This document shows, piece by piece, positions 1 to 8,145 of a stretch of DNA of 64,000 nucleotides (positions within the stretch are counted from its first letter, which is position 1; each line of letters begins with the position of its first letter). The position numbers were made by a program, and so were the translations under genes. Source of the DNA: Phycisphaerales bacterium (GTDB lineage: Bacteria > Planctomycetota > Phycisphaerae > Phycisphaerales > UBA1924); the NCBI GenBank assembly GCA_965227775.1, contig OZ245777.1:32001-96000 (forward strand), written 5' to 3'. Below the pieces are notes generated by a model. The model did not search any database, had not been told where the DNA came from, and worked only from the letters and a program-made list of their open reading frames with translations.

Positions 1-1
1 C

Positions 2-661
2 GCCGGCTGCAGCTTGCTCGGAGGCGAGACCGCTGAACTCCCGGGCATCTACCCCGAGGGCGAGTTCGACATGGCCGGCTTCGCCGTGGGCGTCGTCGAG
101 CTGCGCAAGGCCACAAGCTCCATGAGGGTCGAGCCGGGCGACGTCGTGTTGGGCCTCGCCTCGAGCGGTCTGCACTCCAACGGGTTCAGTCTCGTCCGCC
201 GCGTGGTCGAGCACGCAAAGCTGGACCTTGAGAAGCGCTACGCAGACCTCGATCCAGACCAGCCACTCGGCCGCGTTCTGCTCACGCCGACACGCATCTA
301 CGCGCCGAGCATCACCAAGCTCTTGCGCGGCTACAAGGTCAAGCGCGTCGTCAGCGGCATGGCCCACATCACCGGCGGCGGGCTGGCCGGCAACCTCGAA
401 CGCAGCCTCCACGCAAGCGTCGATGCGGTCCTCGACCGCAAGGCGTGGACCGTGCCGCCCGTCTTCTCGTTCCTCAAGAAGCACGGCAACATCCGCGGCC
501 CCGAGATGGACAAGGTCTTCAACATGGGCATCGGCTACTGCGTCGTAGTCCGCCCGGCCTTCGCCGACGCCGTGGCCGACAAGTTGGCCCGCTCGGGCGA
601 GCGCGTGAGCCGCATCGGCGTGATCCGCCAGGGCCAAGGCCGCGTTGTGTTCCGGTCCTAG
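2..661 (+). CDS. purM: Phosphoribosylformylglycinamidine cyclo-ligase (AIR synthetase), 5' truncated by window edge
   Basis: GGETAELPG, GLASSGLHSNGFSLVR, AHITGGG, FNMGIG motifs; frame open from position 2. Confidence 0.95.
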   Translation, partial: AGCSLLGGETAELPGIYPEGEFDMAGFAVGVVELRKATSSMRVEPGDVVLGLASSGLHSNGFSLVRRVVEHAKLDLEKRYADLDPDQPLGRVLLTPTRIYAPSITKLLRGYKVKRVVSGMAHITGGGLAGNLERSLHASVDAVLDRKAWTVPPVFSFLKKHGNIRGPEMDKVFNMGIGYCVVVRPAFADAVADKLARSGERVSRIGVIRQGQGRVVFRS

Positions 662-806
662 CGAACGCCGCGAAGCCGGACGAAAAACCCATCTCCCAGC
701 GCCGCGCAGGAGCAACTAAGGGTTTACACGTAAATCCTGTCTTAGGACGCAGGGAAATCAGGGATAATCCCAAGTGCACCCATCCCCGATTGGCCCGCGA
801 ATCGTG

Positions 807-834
807 TTGTGATTCCGTGTGGTTCTGGTATACT
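807..834 (+). promoter_or_regulatory. Candidate sigma70 promoter for the prepilin-domain gene
   Basis: TTGTGA-N16-TATACT with extended -10 TG (TGGTATACT) in a 370-nt intergenic gap. Confidence 0.45.
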
Positions 835-1029
835 GGACCGCAAGGGGAGGTCGCGGCGCGTGCCGCCCTCTGTCAGCGAGGCGTCGCCCGGTACCACGAG
901 GCCGTGCGGCAAGCGGTGTGTCGTAAGTCCGTTTCGATCAAGAATCCCGCCGGCGTTCCCTCGGTCGCTCCCCCTTTCTGGAATGGGGCGACCGGCCGGC
1001 GGCTGCAAAGGTCGGTTCAGTCCGGGCTG

Positions 1030-1974
1030 ATGAACACCATACCGACGGGGACAGTTTCCATGCGAGTGCAACGACTCGGACGTGACCGGAGCAAGAGCGC
1101 ATTCACGCTCATCGAGCTCCTGGTCGTCATCGCCATCATCGCCCTGCTCATCGGCATCTTGCTGCCGGCACTGGGCAACGCCCGCCTTCTGGGGTACCAG
1201 GCCGTATCCCTGAGCAACGTTCGCCAGCTGCAGGTCGCCTTCTTTAACTACAAGGCTGACTTCAATGACGACATCCCCATGAAGATGTCGTGGCGCAACG
1301 GTGGCATCGGTGGCTGGTGCACGTGGAGCTACGGCGGTAAGGACGCGTCGTCCTACTGGCGCACTCGCAGCGGCGGCGTCTTCGACGAGCCGGCCTTCAC
1401 CAAGCCGCTCAACCCCTACGTCTATCCGGACATCACCCTCCCCGAGCCCACGGGCTACAACCCGAACCCGTTGCGGTTCGAAGAAGGTCGCCCGACCGAC
1501 AACCAGCGCGAGATTCTGGAGATGCCGGCGTTCCGCTCGCCGGGCGACAAGAAGACCCACCAGCGCACCTGGCCCGAGCCCAACAACGAGCTTGGCAGCT
1601 ATGACGATGTGGGCACGAGCTACCACGTCAACATGCGGTGGTGGGACTCCGCAGAAATGCGTGGTTTCTCCGCGTGGACGCCAGGCCGCTACCCCCGCGG
1701 CAGCGACCGCTGGGCCGAAGGCATGAAGCGCTTCCGTCAGGCCGAGTTCTTCGATCCCTCAAAGATGGTCTGGATCCACGATCAGACCGCCGACGTCGTC
1801 GCCAACGACGACCAGGGCCGCGACTGGCTGGGCGAATTCAACGAGCTCAACAAGAGCGTGATGGCGTTCTACGACGGCCATGCCGAGTACGTCTTCATCG
1901 AGCCGAAGGATCCGAGCGACCCCGAAGGCAACCTCACCACGAACGATTACACATTCATCTTCAACCCCCGCTAA
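1030..1974 (+). CDS. Prepilin-type N-terminal cleavage/methylation domain protein (planctomycete DUF1559-like)
   Basis: AFTLIELLVVIAIIALLIGILLPAL N-terminus and C-terminal AFYDGHA (H-X9-DG-type) motif; start could be 1030 or 1060. Confidence 0.85.
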   Translation: MNTIPTGTVSMRVQRLGRDRSKSAFTLIELLVVIAIIALLIGILLPALGNARLLGYQAVSLSNVRQLQVAFFNYKADFNDDIPMKMSWRNGGIGGWCTWSYGGKDASSYWRTRSGGVFDEPAFTKPLNPYVYPDITLPEPTGYNPNPLRFEEGRPTDNQREILEMPAFRSPGDKKTHQRTWPEPNNELGSYDDVGTSYHVNMRWWDSAEMRGFSAWTPGRYPRGSDRWAEGMKRFRQAEFFDPSKMVWIHDQTADVVANDDQGRDWLGEFNELNKSVMAFYDGHAEYVFIEPKDPSDPEGNLTTNDYTFIFNPR

Positions 1975-1997
1975 GCTTGGCCTGATCTGAGCATTTG

Positions 1998-2028
1998 AGA
2001 GAGCCGCGCCCTGCGTGGCTCTTTCTTC
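1998..2028 (+). terminator. Intrinsic terminator
   Basis: AGAGCCGCGC-CCT-GCGTGGCTCT hairpin followed by TTCTT, just after stop at 1974. Confidence 0.6.
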
Positions 2029-2067
2029 ATTCCTCGCGATCTAGCCCATACCGAGGTACCGAGATCA

Positions 2068-2346
2068 ATGTCCGACTTCCTGCAGGAACTCAAGTACAAG
2101 CTCCAGCCGCTCACCGACAAGCTCGGCGGCGACGAGAAGGCGATCGGCAAGCTCGCGATCTACGCGGTGATCGTGGTCGTTGGCTTTGGCGTGCTCATCT
2201 GGAGCCTGTGGCCGACAAGCCGGCCCGTGTCTTCGAACCCGCGCAACCCGCAGGCCGCCGCCCCCGTCGATGACTCGGGCGATCCCGGCCGTCCCCCACC
2301 ACCGCCATCGGGCAGCTCTCGCATGGCCCCGGGAGCGGACGGCTAA
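2068..2346 (+). CDS. Small single-TM hypothetical protein with Pro-rich tail
   Basis: ATG start, hydrophobic stretch AIYAVIVVVGFGVLIWSLW, coding-like codon bias. Confidence 0.65.
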   Translation: MSDFLQELKYKLQPLTDKLGGDEKAIGKLAIYAVIVVVGFGVLIWSLWPTSRPVSSNPRNPQAAAPVDDSGDPGRPPPPPSGSSRMAPGADG

Positions 2347-2412
2347 CTCGGTTCGCGACGGTTCCCGTGACAGCTTCGAACCCCGATCATCCTCGCTGGT
2401 GATCGGGGTTTC

Positions 2413-3621
2413 TTACTGCGCCCTCATCGCCGCACCCACCGCCTCCGCCAACCGCTCGGCCAGCGACCTCGGCGCGGTGCTCGCTTCAAAGGGGCTGGCT
2501 TCGAACGGAACCGCCCCCACATTCGAGTCTTTGTCCGCGGGAGCAACGGAGCGCTCGGTGATCACGGCCCAAGCCTCACCGTCGATCGCGTACGCGACAC
2601 CCTCGCCGATCTCGCCCAGCCACCGTGGCCGCTGCTCCACCGCGATCGCGCGCACACGGCCCGCATCGGCCCGCGACGTGCGCGTCACACGCTCGACCAA
2701 CCTGGAAGAAGACGCATCGCCAATCACCAACAGCACGAGCCGGGTCTCAAATCGGGCCGCAACTTCTGCCAGTCGCGCCTCGGCCAGCTCGCCAACCAGG
2801 CGGGCGCGTTCGCCCGGTGCGCTCGCAGATAGCGCGAGCACAACGACCTGCTCGCTGTCGGCGGCAACGCCCCGCAAGGTCACCACCCGGCCGCGCGCGT
2901 CCGTGCCGATCGCATCGCCGAAGGCGCTTCCCGTGCGCACGGGCCGGGGCTCGTCGCCAAGATCAGCGAGCGATGTCACGATCTCAACGTCTAGGTCGGC
3001 ATCAAGGGGGGGCGATTCAAACCACGCCGGATCGACATCGACCTGCTCGACATCGGCCTTCGCGACGATCCGCCCATCGCGACGCGCCTCGATCGCGGCT
3101 AGACGACCATCGGGATGGACGGTGAGTTCGAGCGTCGCACCGATCGTGACGCCCGCGAATCGATCTCGGGTACCCGAAGCCACGAGCGACCACGACAGCG
3201 GCGGCATGAACGCCAGCATCCGTCCTGGAGCCTCCGCGAAGGCAAGGTCGAGTTGCGGCGCAAACAAGGGCGGCAGAACCGTCTCGATCGCCTCACGCCC
3301 GAACGGTTCGGGCAGCGGTGCCAGATACACGCGTGACGCGTCGCCCGCCCGCCACGCAACAAGCCGACCTGGCTCGGCCGATACCAAGAGCGGATTCGCA
3401 CCGCCCATTGAGATTGCAACCGCTGGTGAAGCGCCGGTGCGCACGGCGACCGTCATCTCGCTCTTCGCCGCAGGCCCGGCCTGGCGGGGCACTTCGATGA
3501 CCATCCGATCCGCAACCGCCTCCGCGCGATACGCCTGCATCACCACATCGAGCGGTTCGGCGTCCTGCGCCATGACCGCCATGGAGACCAAAACGATCGC
3601 GATCGCAGCACAGAACTTCAT
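2413..3621 (-). CDS. Secreted hypothetical protein, possibly with a degenerate thioredoxin-like C-terminal half
   Basis: Signal peptide MKFCAAIAIVLVSMAVMAQ; start overlaps folK stop (ATGA coupling). Confidence 0.65.
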   Translation of the reverse strand: MKFCAAIAIVLVSMAVMAQDAEPLDVVMQAYRAEAVADRMVIEVPRQAGPAAKSEMTVAVRTGASPAVAISMGGANPLLVSAEPGRLVAWRAGDASRVYLAPLPEPFGREAIETVLPPLFAPQLDLAFAEAPGRMLAFMPPLSWSLVASGTRDRFAGVTIGATLELTVHPDGRLAAIEARRDGRIVAKADVEQVDVDPAWFESPPLDADLDVEIVTSLADLGDEPRPVRTGSAFGDAIGTDARGRVVTLRGVAADSEQVVVLALSASAPGERARLVGELAEARLAEVAARFETRLVLLVIGDASSSRLVERVTRTSRADAGRVRAIAVEQRPRWLGEIGEGVAYAIDGEAWAVITERSVAPADKDSNVGAVPFEASPFEASTAPRSLAERLAEAVGAAMRAQ

Positions 3622-4163
3622 GTGTCAGCCCCGACGCGTGCCGCGCGAAGGCGGTCGGCCATCTGCTTGATGCTCATCGTCCAACTCGGTGGCACGAGCG
3701 CCGGCGCGAGGTCCGCAAGCGGCTCGAGCACGAACAATCGCTCCGCCATCCGCGGATGCGGGATGGTGAGCCCAGGCTCGTCGATGGTTTGCTGGCAGAA
3801 GAGCAACAGATCGAGGTCGAGCGTGCGCGGCCCCCACCTCTGCTCGCGCGCCCGATCGCGACCGTAGCGGCGCTCGATCTCGAGCATGCCATCAAGTAAT
3901 GCACGGGCCGAGCAACCGACCTCCAGCACGGTGGCGGCATTGACGAAGTCCGGCTGATCCTCGACGCCGACGGGCGCGGTCGTGTACAGCCTGGTCGTCG
4001 CGATCACGCGCACGCCGTCGATCGTGCCGAGGTCGCTGGCCGCCCGGATGACGTTTCCGGCAGGATCGTTCAGGTTGCTGCCCAAGCCGACGTAGGCCTT
4101 TCGCTCTTCCGCGAGCGGACTGCGTGCTTCGAGGTACCAGGCGTCTTCGGCGGGATTCTCCAC
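3618..4163 (-). CDS. folK: 2-amino-4-hydroxy-6-hydroxymethyldihydropteridine diphosphokinase
   Basis: AYVGLGSNL, QPDFVNA, RWGPRTLDLDLL, PHPRMAERLFVLEPL; start uncertain (ORF open to 4214). Confidence 0.92.
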   Translation of the reverse strand: MENPAEDAWYLEARSPLAEERKAYVGLGSNLNDPAGNVIRAASDLGTIDGVRVIATTRLYTTAPVGVEDQPDFVNAATVLEVGCSARALLDGMLEIERRYGRDRAREQRWGPRTLDLDLLLFCQQTIDEPGLTIPHPRMAERLFVLEPLADLAPALVPPSWTMSIKQMADRLRAARVGADT

Positions 4164-4258
4164 GAGGAATGAAAGCGGCCGCCTGCTGGGTGGGCAAGCG
4201 GCCGACGGCGTCAATTTCGGTTGTCAACCAGCAGATGCGAGCCGGTAAAGGCGTCCGA

Positions 4259-5122
4259 CTACTCCATCGGCTCCAGCTCGCGAGTGCGGTGCTGCATCTG
4301 GGCCTTCAGGCGCTCCAGGATCGCGCTGTGCATCTGGCTCACGCGGCTCTCGGAGAGCGCGAGTGTCGCGCCGATTTCCTTCATGGTCATGCTCTCGTAG
4401 TAGTAGAGGATGACGATCAGCCGCTCGGCCCGGCTGAGCCCCTTGGTCAGCATGTCGCGCAGGTCCTTGCGCTGCATGGTGCGGACGGGGTTGTCGGCCC
4501 CGTCACGCATGACCTCGAGGTCGCGCGTCTCGCCGCCGCTGCTGTCGTTGGCCTTGCGAGTAATCGACATCGTGGATACGGCGCGACTATCGCGGCGGAT
4601 CTTGTCGAATTGCTCTTCGCCCACGCCAAGGCGCTTCTTGATTTGCTCGTCGGAAGCGGGCTGCCCGGTCTCCATCTCGATCGAGCGGCGCACGCCGTCG
4701 ACCTTTGCCGACCGGCTGCGCACAAGACGCGGTACCCAGTCCATCGCACGAAGCTCATCGAGGATGGCTCCCTGCACGCGGCGGGCGCAGTACGTCTCGA
4801 ACTTCACGTTCTTCTCGAGCTGGAACGCGGAGATAGCGCCCATCAGCCCAAACATGCCCGCTTGCACGAGGTCCTCAACGTCGACTTCGTCGGGCAGCCG
4901 CGCGTGGATGCGCTCGGCGTTGTACCGCACGATGGGAAGGTACTTCTCCCAGAGGAAGTTGCGAATCTCCTCGCTCGGCTCGGTCGCGTAGAGCTTCCAG
5001 ACCTCACGGATGTCCATGTCCGCATAGACCGATTCGACCGGCACCTCGTTCGCATCGACCGATGGCCTGACGCGTGAGGGACGGACTTTCGATGACTTCG
5101 ACGATTTGAGAGCGGTGGGCAT
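4259..5122 (-). CDS. fliA: Flagellar sigma factor sigma28 (FliA/WhiG family)
   Basis: DLVQAGMFGL, KFETYCARRVQGAILDELRAMDWVPR, TMKEIGATLALSESRVSQMH; last gene of flagellar cluster. Confidence 0.93.
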   Translation of the reverse strand: MPTALKSSKSSKVRPSRVRPSVDANEVPVESVYADMDIREVWKLYATEPSEEIRNFLWEKYLPIVRYNAERIHARLPDEVDVEDLVQAGMFGLMGAISAFQLEKNVKFETYCARRVQGAILDELRAMDWVPRLVRSRSAKVDGVRRSIEMETGQPASDEQIKKRLGVGEEQFDKIRRDSRAVSTMSITRKANDSSGGETRDLEVMRDGADNPVRTMQRKDLRDMLTKGLSRAERLIVILYYYESMTMKEIGATLALSESRVSQMHSAILERLKAQMQHRTRELEPME

Positions 5123-5263
5123 GGTCGGCTCCCTGACCCCTGTTCCATCGAGCCCGACGTTCCGAGTAAACCGGTCTTCGGGCTGTGGTCGCGCATGCCA
5201 TCCGTGGTCACGCGCTGTTGAGTATACAGAATACCAAGGTCAAACGCCAGCGTTTCAAGAATC

Positions 5264-5548
5264 TCACGAAGAAGTTTTCTGATTAGCCGGTGCGGGTTCG
5301 GCCTCCGCCAACCCGCGGAGCGTCCGCTCGCGTTCCACCACACGTTGTGCGATCAACTCAAACACATACCCCACTGCCAAGCCCAGCCCATAACACCCAA
5401 GGCACGCAACGATCGCGCGAAGCATCACGCTCGACGCATCACTCGATGTGAGCAGACCCGAGAGCATCGCAACCGAGAAGCCGCACAACCCGCACAGCGG
5501 GGCACAGACGCGCGATGGCAACGGATGGGACGATCCTGACGGCGGCAT
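5264..5548 (-). CDS. Small two-TM hypothetical protein in flagellar cluster
   Basis: GGAGG RBS before ATG at 5548; two hydrophobic segments; between flhG and fliA. Confidence 0.55.
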   Translation of the reverse strand: MPPSGSSHPLPSRVCAPLCGLCGFSVAMLSGLLTSSDASSVMLRAIVACLGCYGLGLAVGYVFELIAQRVVERERTLRGLAEAEPAPANQKTSS

Positions 5549-5613
5549 GTGCCACCTCCATCGGCCACGAGCCATCACGACTCAAGCCGATTTGCGCAGC
5601 AAAGTTGTGTTCA

Positions 5614-5628
5614 GCGCAGGAAGTGCGC
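5614..5628. promoter_or_regulatory. Palindromic site GCGCA-N5-TGCGC (candidate activator binding site)
   Basis: GCGCA-GGAAG-TGCGC in the flhG/orf gap; same motif at 14969 and 27477. Confidence 0.55.
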
Positions 5629-5651
5629 AACGCCGCACCCGGTCGGCGTCG

Positions 5652-6572
5652 CTATCGGCCCCGCACGAGCCGTGCCAGCAAGCCGCGCGCGGGGCCACCC
5701 TTCCGAGCAGAATCCGATCGATTGAGCTCGATCTCTTCCGCCAGGCGATCGACGACCTTGCGCAAGTGGCGAGCAGCGCTCGACTTGGGTGCCGCCAGCG
5801 CGAGCGGGCGGCGTACACGCGAGCAGCGCTGCACGATCGGGTCTTCCGGCACATGCCCTACCATCGGAAGCCCGCAACCCAGGAATCGGGCGGCAACTTC
5901 CGCGACCCGCGCGTGCGCCGCCTGGGCATCAGCGGCGTCACGTGCACGATTCACCAGCAAGTACGGAATCCGTTCGCACGCGGAAGTACGCAAGCTCTTT
6001 ATGAGTGCGTACGCGTCGGCGAGCGAGGCCGGATCGGGCGTGGCCACGACCAACGGCAGCGACGCACGGGCGAGGCCATCTCGAACCGCCGCCCCCAACC
6101 CGGCGCCATGATCGACGACCACCACGTCCATCGCCCGGCTCAACAAGTCAACGGTCTGCGACACCGCCGATCGGGCGTCCATGCCCGAGGCGTATCGCAG
6201 CGGCCCGACCATGCCCGGCACCACCACCATGCCGGCGGGGCCGCGCATCGAGATGCGACGAACGAGGTCAACGGTCACGCGATCACCCTGGGCCACACGG
6301 GCAACCGCCTCGGTTAGCCGGGCAGTCGGGCGCAGCCCGCAGATCAAGTCAGCGTTGGCAAGGCCCAGGTCGGCATCAACGAGCGCCACCCGCAGACCGC
6401 GCTTGGCAAGCGCGATGCCCATCGACACGGCGATCGTGGTCTTGCCCACGCCGCCCTTGCCGGAGGCGATCGCGATGACCGGCGCTCGGCGCACCGGCGC
6501 GTCGGGGCTCGAACGCCGCTGCGCCAATCGACGCAAAGCGGATGCCTGATCGCTTGCCGCGGCAGGCATCAC
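5652..6572 (-). CDS. flhG: Flagellar number regulator, MinD-like ATPase FlhG/FleN
   Basis: Deviant Walker A SGKGGVGKTT, DADLGLAN, TPDPASLADAYALIK; directly after flhF. Confidence 0.9.
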   Translation of the reverse strand: MMPAAASDQASALRRLAQRRSSPDAPVRRAPVIAIASGKGGVGKTTIAVSMGIALAKRGLRVALVDADLGLANADLICGLRPTARLTEAVARVAQGDRVTVDLVRRISMRGPAGMVVVPGMVGPLRYASGMDARSAVSQTVDLLSRAMDVVVVDHGAGLGAAVRDGLARASLPLVVATPDPASLADAYALIKSLRTSACERIPYLLVNRARDAADAQAAHARVAEVAARFLGCGLPMVGHVPEDPIVQRCSRVRRPLALAAPKSSAARHLRKVVDRLAEEIELNRSDSARKGGPARGLLARLVRGR

Positions 6573-8017
6573 GCACCAACCTCGGTCAGCGCGGGCTCCG
6601 GAGCGCGCGCTTCGGGACGCCTGGCCGCAGCACCGCCCGCGAGCACCAATCGCGCCAACCGATCGGCTCGCCCGGGCTCGATGTGGTCTGGGACTTCCTG
6701 CCCCGTCGTGACGAAGCTCAGCGGCAGGCCCAGCGCGTGCACCATCGAGATCACCGTGCCCACGCCCTCGGCTTCGTCGAGCTTGGTGAACAGGACACGA
6801 TCGGGGCCGGCCTTGGCAAAGCCCTGAGCCGCACGCCGCAGCGCACCCACGCCTGCCGTCGCCGAGAGCACGAGGTGCGTTTCGTCTGGCCCAGCAGCGG
6901 CGAGATACTCCGAGAGCTCGTCCACGCGTTGATCGTCACGCGGCGACCGGCCGGCCGTGTCGATCAGCACCACATCGCAGTCGGCCATCGCTCGACAGGC
7001 AGCGGCCATCTCCGCCGGGCTCATCACAACCCGCAGCGGCACGCTGATGATGCTCGCGTACGTGCGGAGTTGCTCGACCGCGGCAATGCGGAACGTATCG
7101 GTCGTGATGAGACCAACGCGCTGCCCACGCCGGAGCTTGTACGCGGCGGCGAGCTTGGCGATGGTGGTGGTCTTGCCGACACCCGTCGGGCCGACGAGCG
7201 CAATCGTCAGCGGGCCAGCGTCGGTCCTGCCTCGCCCGGGCTTCGCGACGCGAACAACATCGGCCAGCGCTCCCTGCACGGCCGGCCCGACGAGCGAGGC
7301 GTCGCACAGCTCGTCTCTGGTCAGTTGCGAGCGCACGATCGACACGACCTCGTCCGCAAGGTCGCGATCGACCTCGGCCTCGACCATCCGCACATACGCT
7401 TCGGCCAACGGCTCGCCCAGTGCTGAGGCAGAGACTGGCCCCGCCTGCTGGGTGTGCATCATGCGCCCGAGCATGTTGCGCAGGCTCCGCAATTCGTCCT
7501 CAACGGCTGCCGTTGGCGGCGCTGCGGCAACCCCAGACTTGCGAACCCGCATCCGCTCGACCCGCTCGGGCGCAGTCGATCGCTCCGGTCGTGCTTGTGC
7601 TGGCTCTGGTGCCGGTTCGGGCAACCGCTCGGCAGCCGGCTCAACGCGGGGCTGGAGAGCCGGTCGAGGCTCGGAGCCCGCAAGCTGGGTGTACCGCTCG
7701 AGCAACTCTTGCCGGCGCTGGGCCGATGTGGGATCGCTGCGCTCGACCGGCTCGGGCCGCGGCCTTGGCCTGGGAGCCTGCTTCTGAGGCTGCGAAGGTC
7801 TTGCCCCCGCCTGCCTGGGGCCCTTGCCACGCTGGCGATCACGCACGACCGACGCGGGTGACGCGGTTACCTCGACGACGGGCCGGCCACCAATGCCGAA
7901 CAGCCCGCCGACCTTGTAGTTCCGCGTGTGCAGGATGATCGCATCGCGGCCCAGCTCCCGCTGGACGGCGTCGATGGCGTCGGCCATCGACCGTGCGCGA
8001 TAGGTGCGGATGCCCAT
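6569..8017 (-). CDS. flhF: Flagellar SRP-family GTPase FlhF
   Basis: N-terminal RTYRARSMADAI..ELGRDAIIL; GPTGVGKTT, DTAGR, TKLDE, TTGQEVPD. Confidence 0.93.
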   Translation of the reverse strand: MGIRTYRARSMADAIDAVQRELGRDAIILHTRNYKVGGLFGIGGRPVVEVTASPASVVRDRQRGKGPRQAGARPSQPQKQAPRPRPRPEPVERSDPTSAQRRQELLERYTQLAGSEPRPALQPRVEPAAERLPEPAPEPAQARPERSTAPERVERMRVRKSGVAAAPPTAAVEDELRSLRNMLGRMMHTQQAGPVSASALGEPLAEAYVRMVEAEVDRDLADEVVSIVRSQLTRDELCDASLVGPAVQGALADVVRVAKPGRGRTDAGPLTIALVGPTGVGKTTTIAKLAAAYKLRRGQRVGLITTDTFRIAAVEQLRTYASIISVPLRVVMSPAEMAAACRAMADCDVVLIDTAGRSPRDDQRVDELSEYLAAAGPDETHLVLSATAGVGALRRAAQGFAKAGPDRVLFTKLDEAEGVGTVISMVHALGLPLSFVTTGQEVPDHIEPGRADRLARLVLAGGAAARRPEARAPEPALTEVGA

Positions 8018-8145
8018 GCCCTCCGTGGCTCCTTCTCAGATTCAAGTCGGGCCTCCGGCCCGGCTAGGTCGCGACGGGACTATCGACAACCCGCGAATGC
8101 GACAACGACATTTTCATGCCAACCAGAACACGAAACGGGCTTGCC

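Noticed and set aside
445..1029. 195-aa N-terminal extension of the prepilin-domain ORF
   Set aside because: Overlaps purM and promoter-like DNA; the prepilin motif must be near the N-terminus
8108..8122. sigma54 candidate before flhF (TTGGCATGAAAATGTC)
   Set aside because: Good -24 box but no GC at -12
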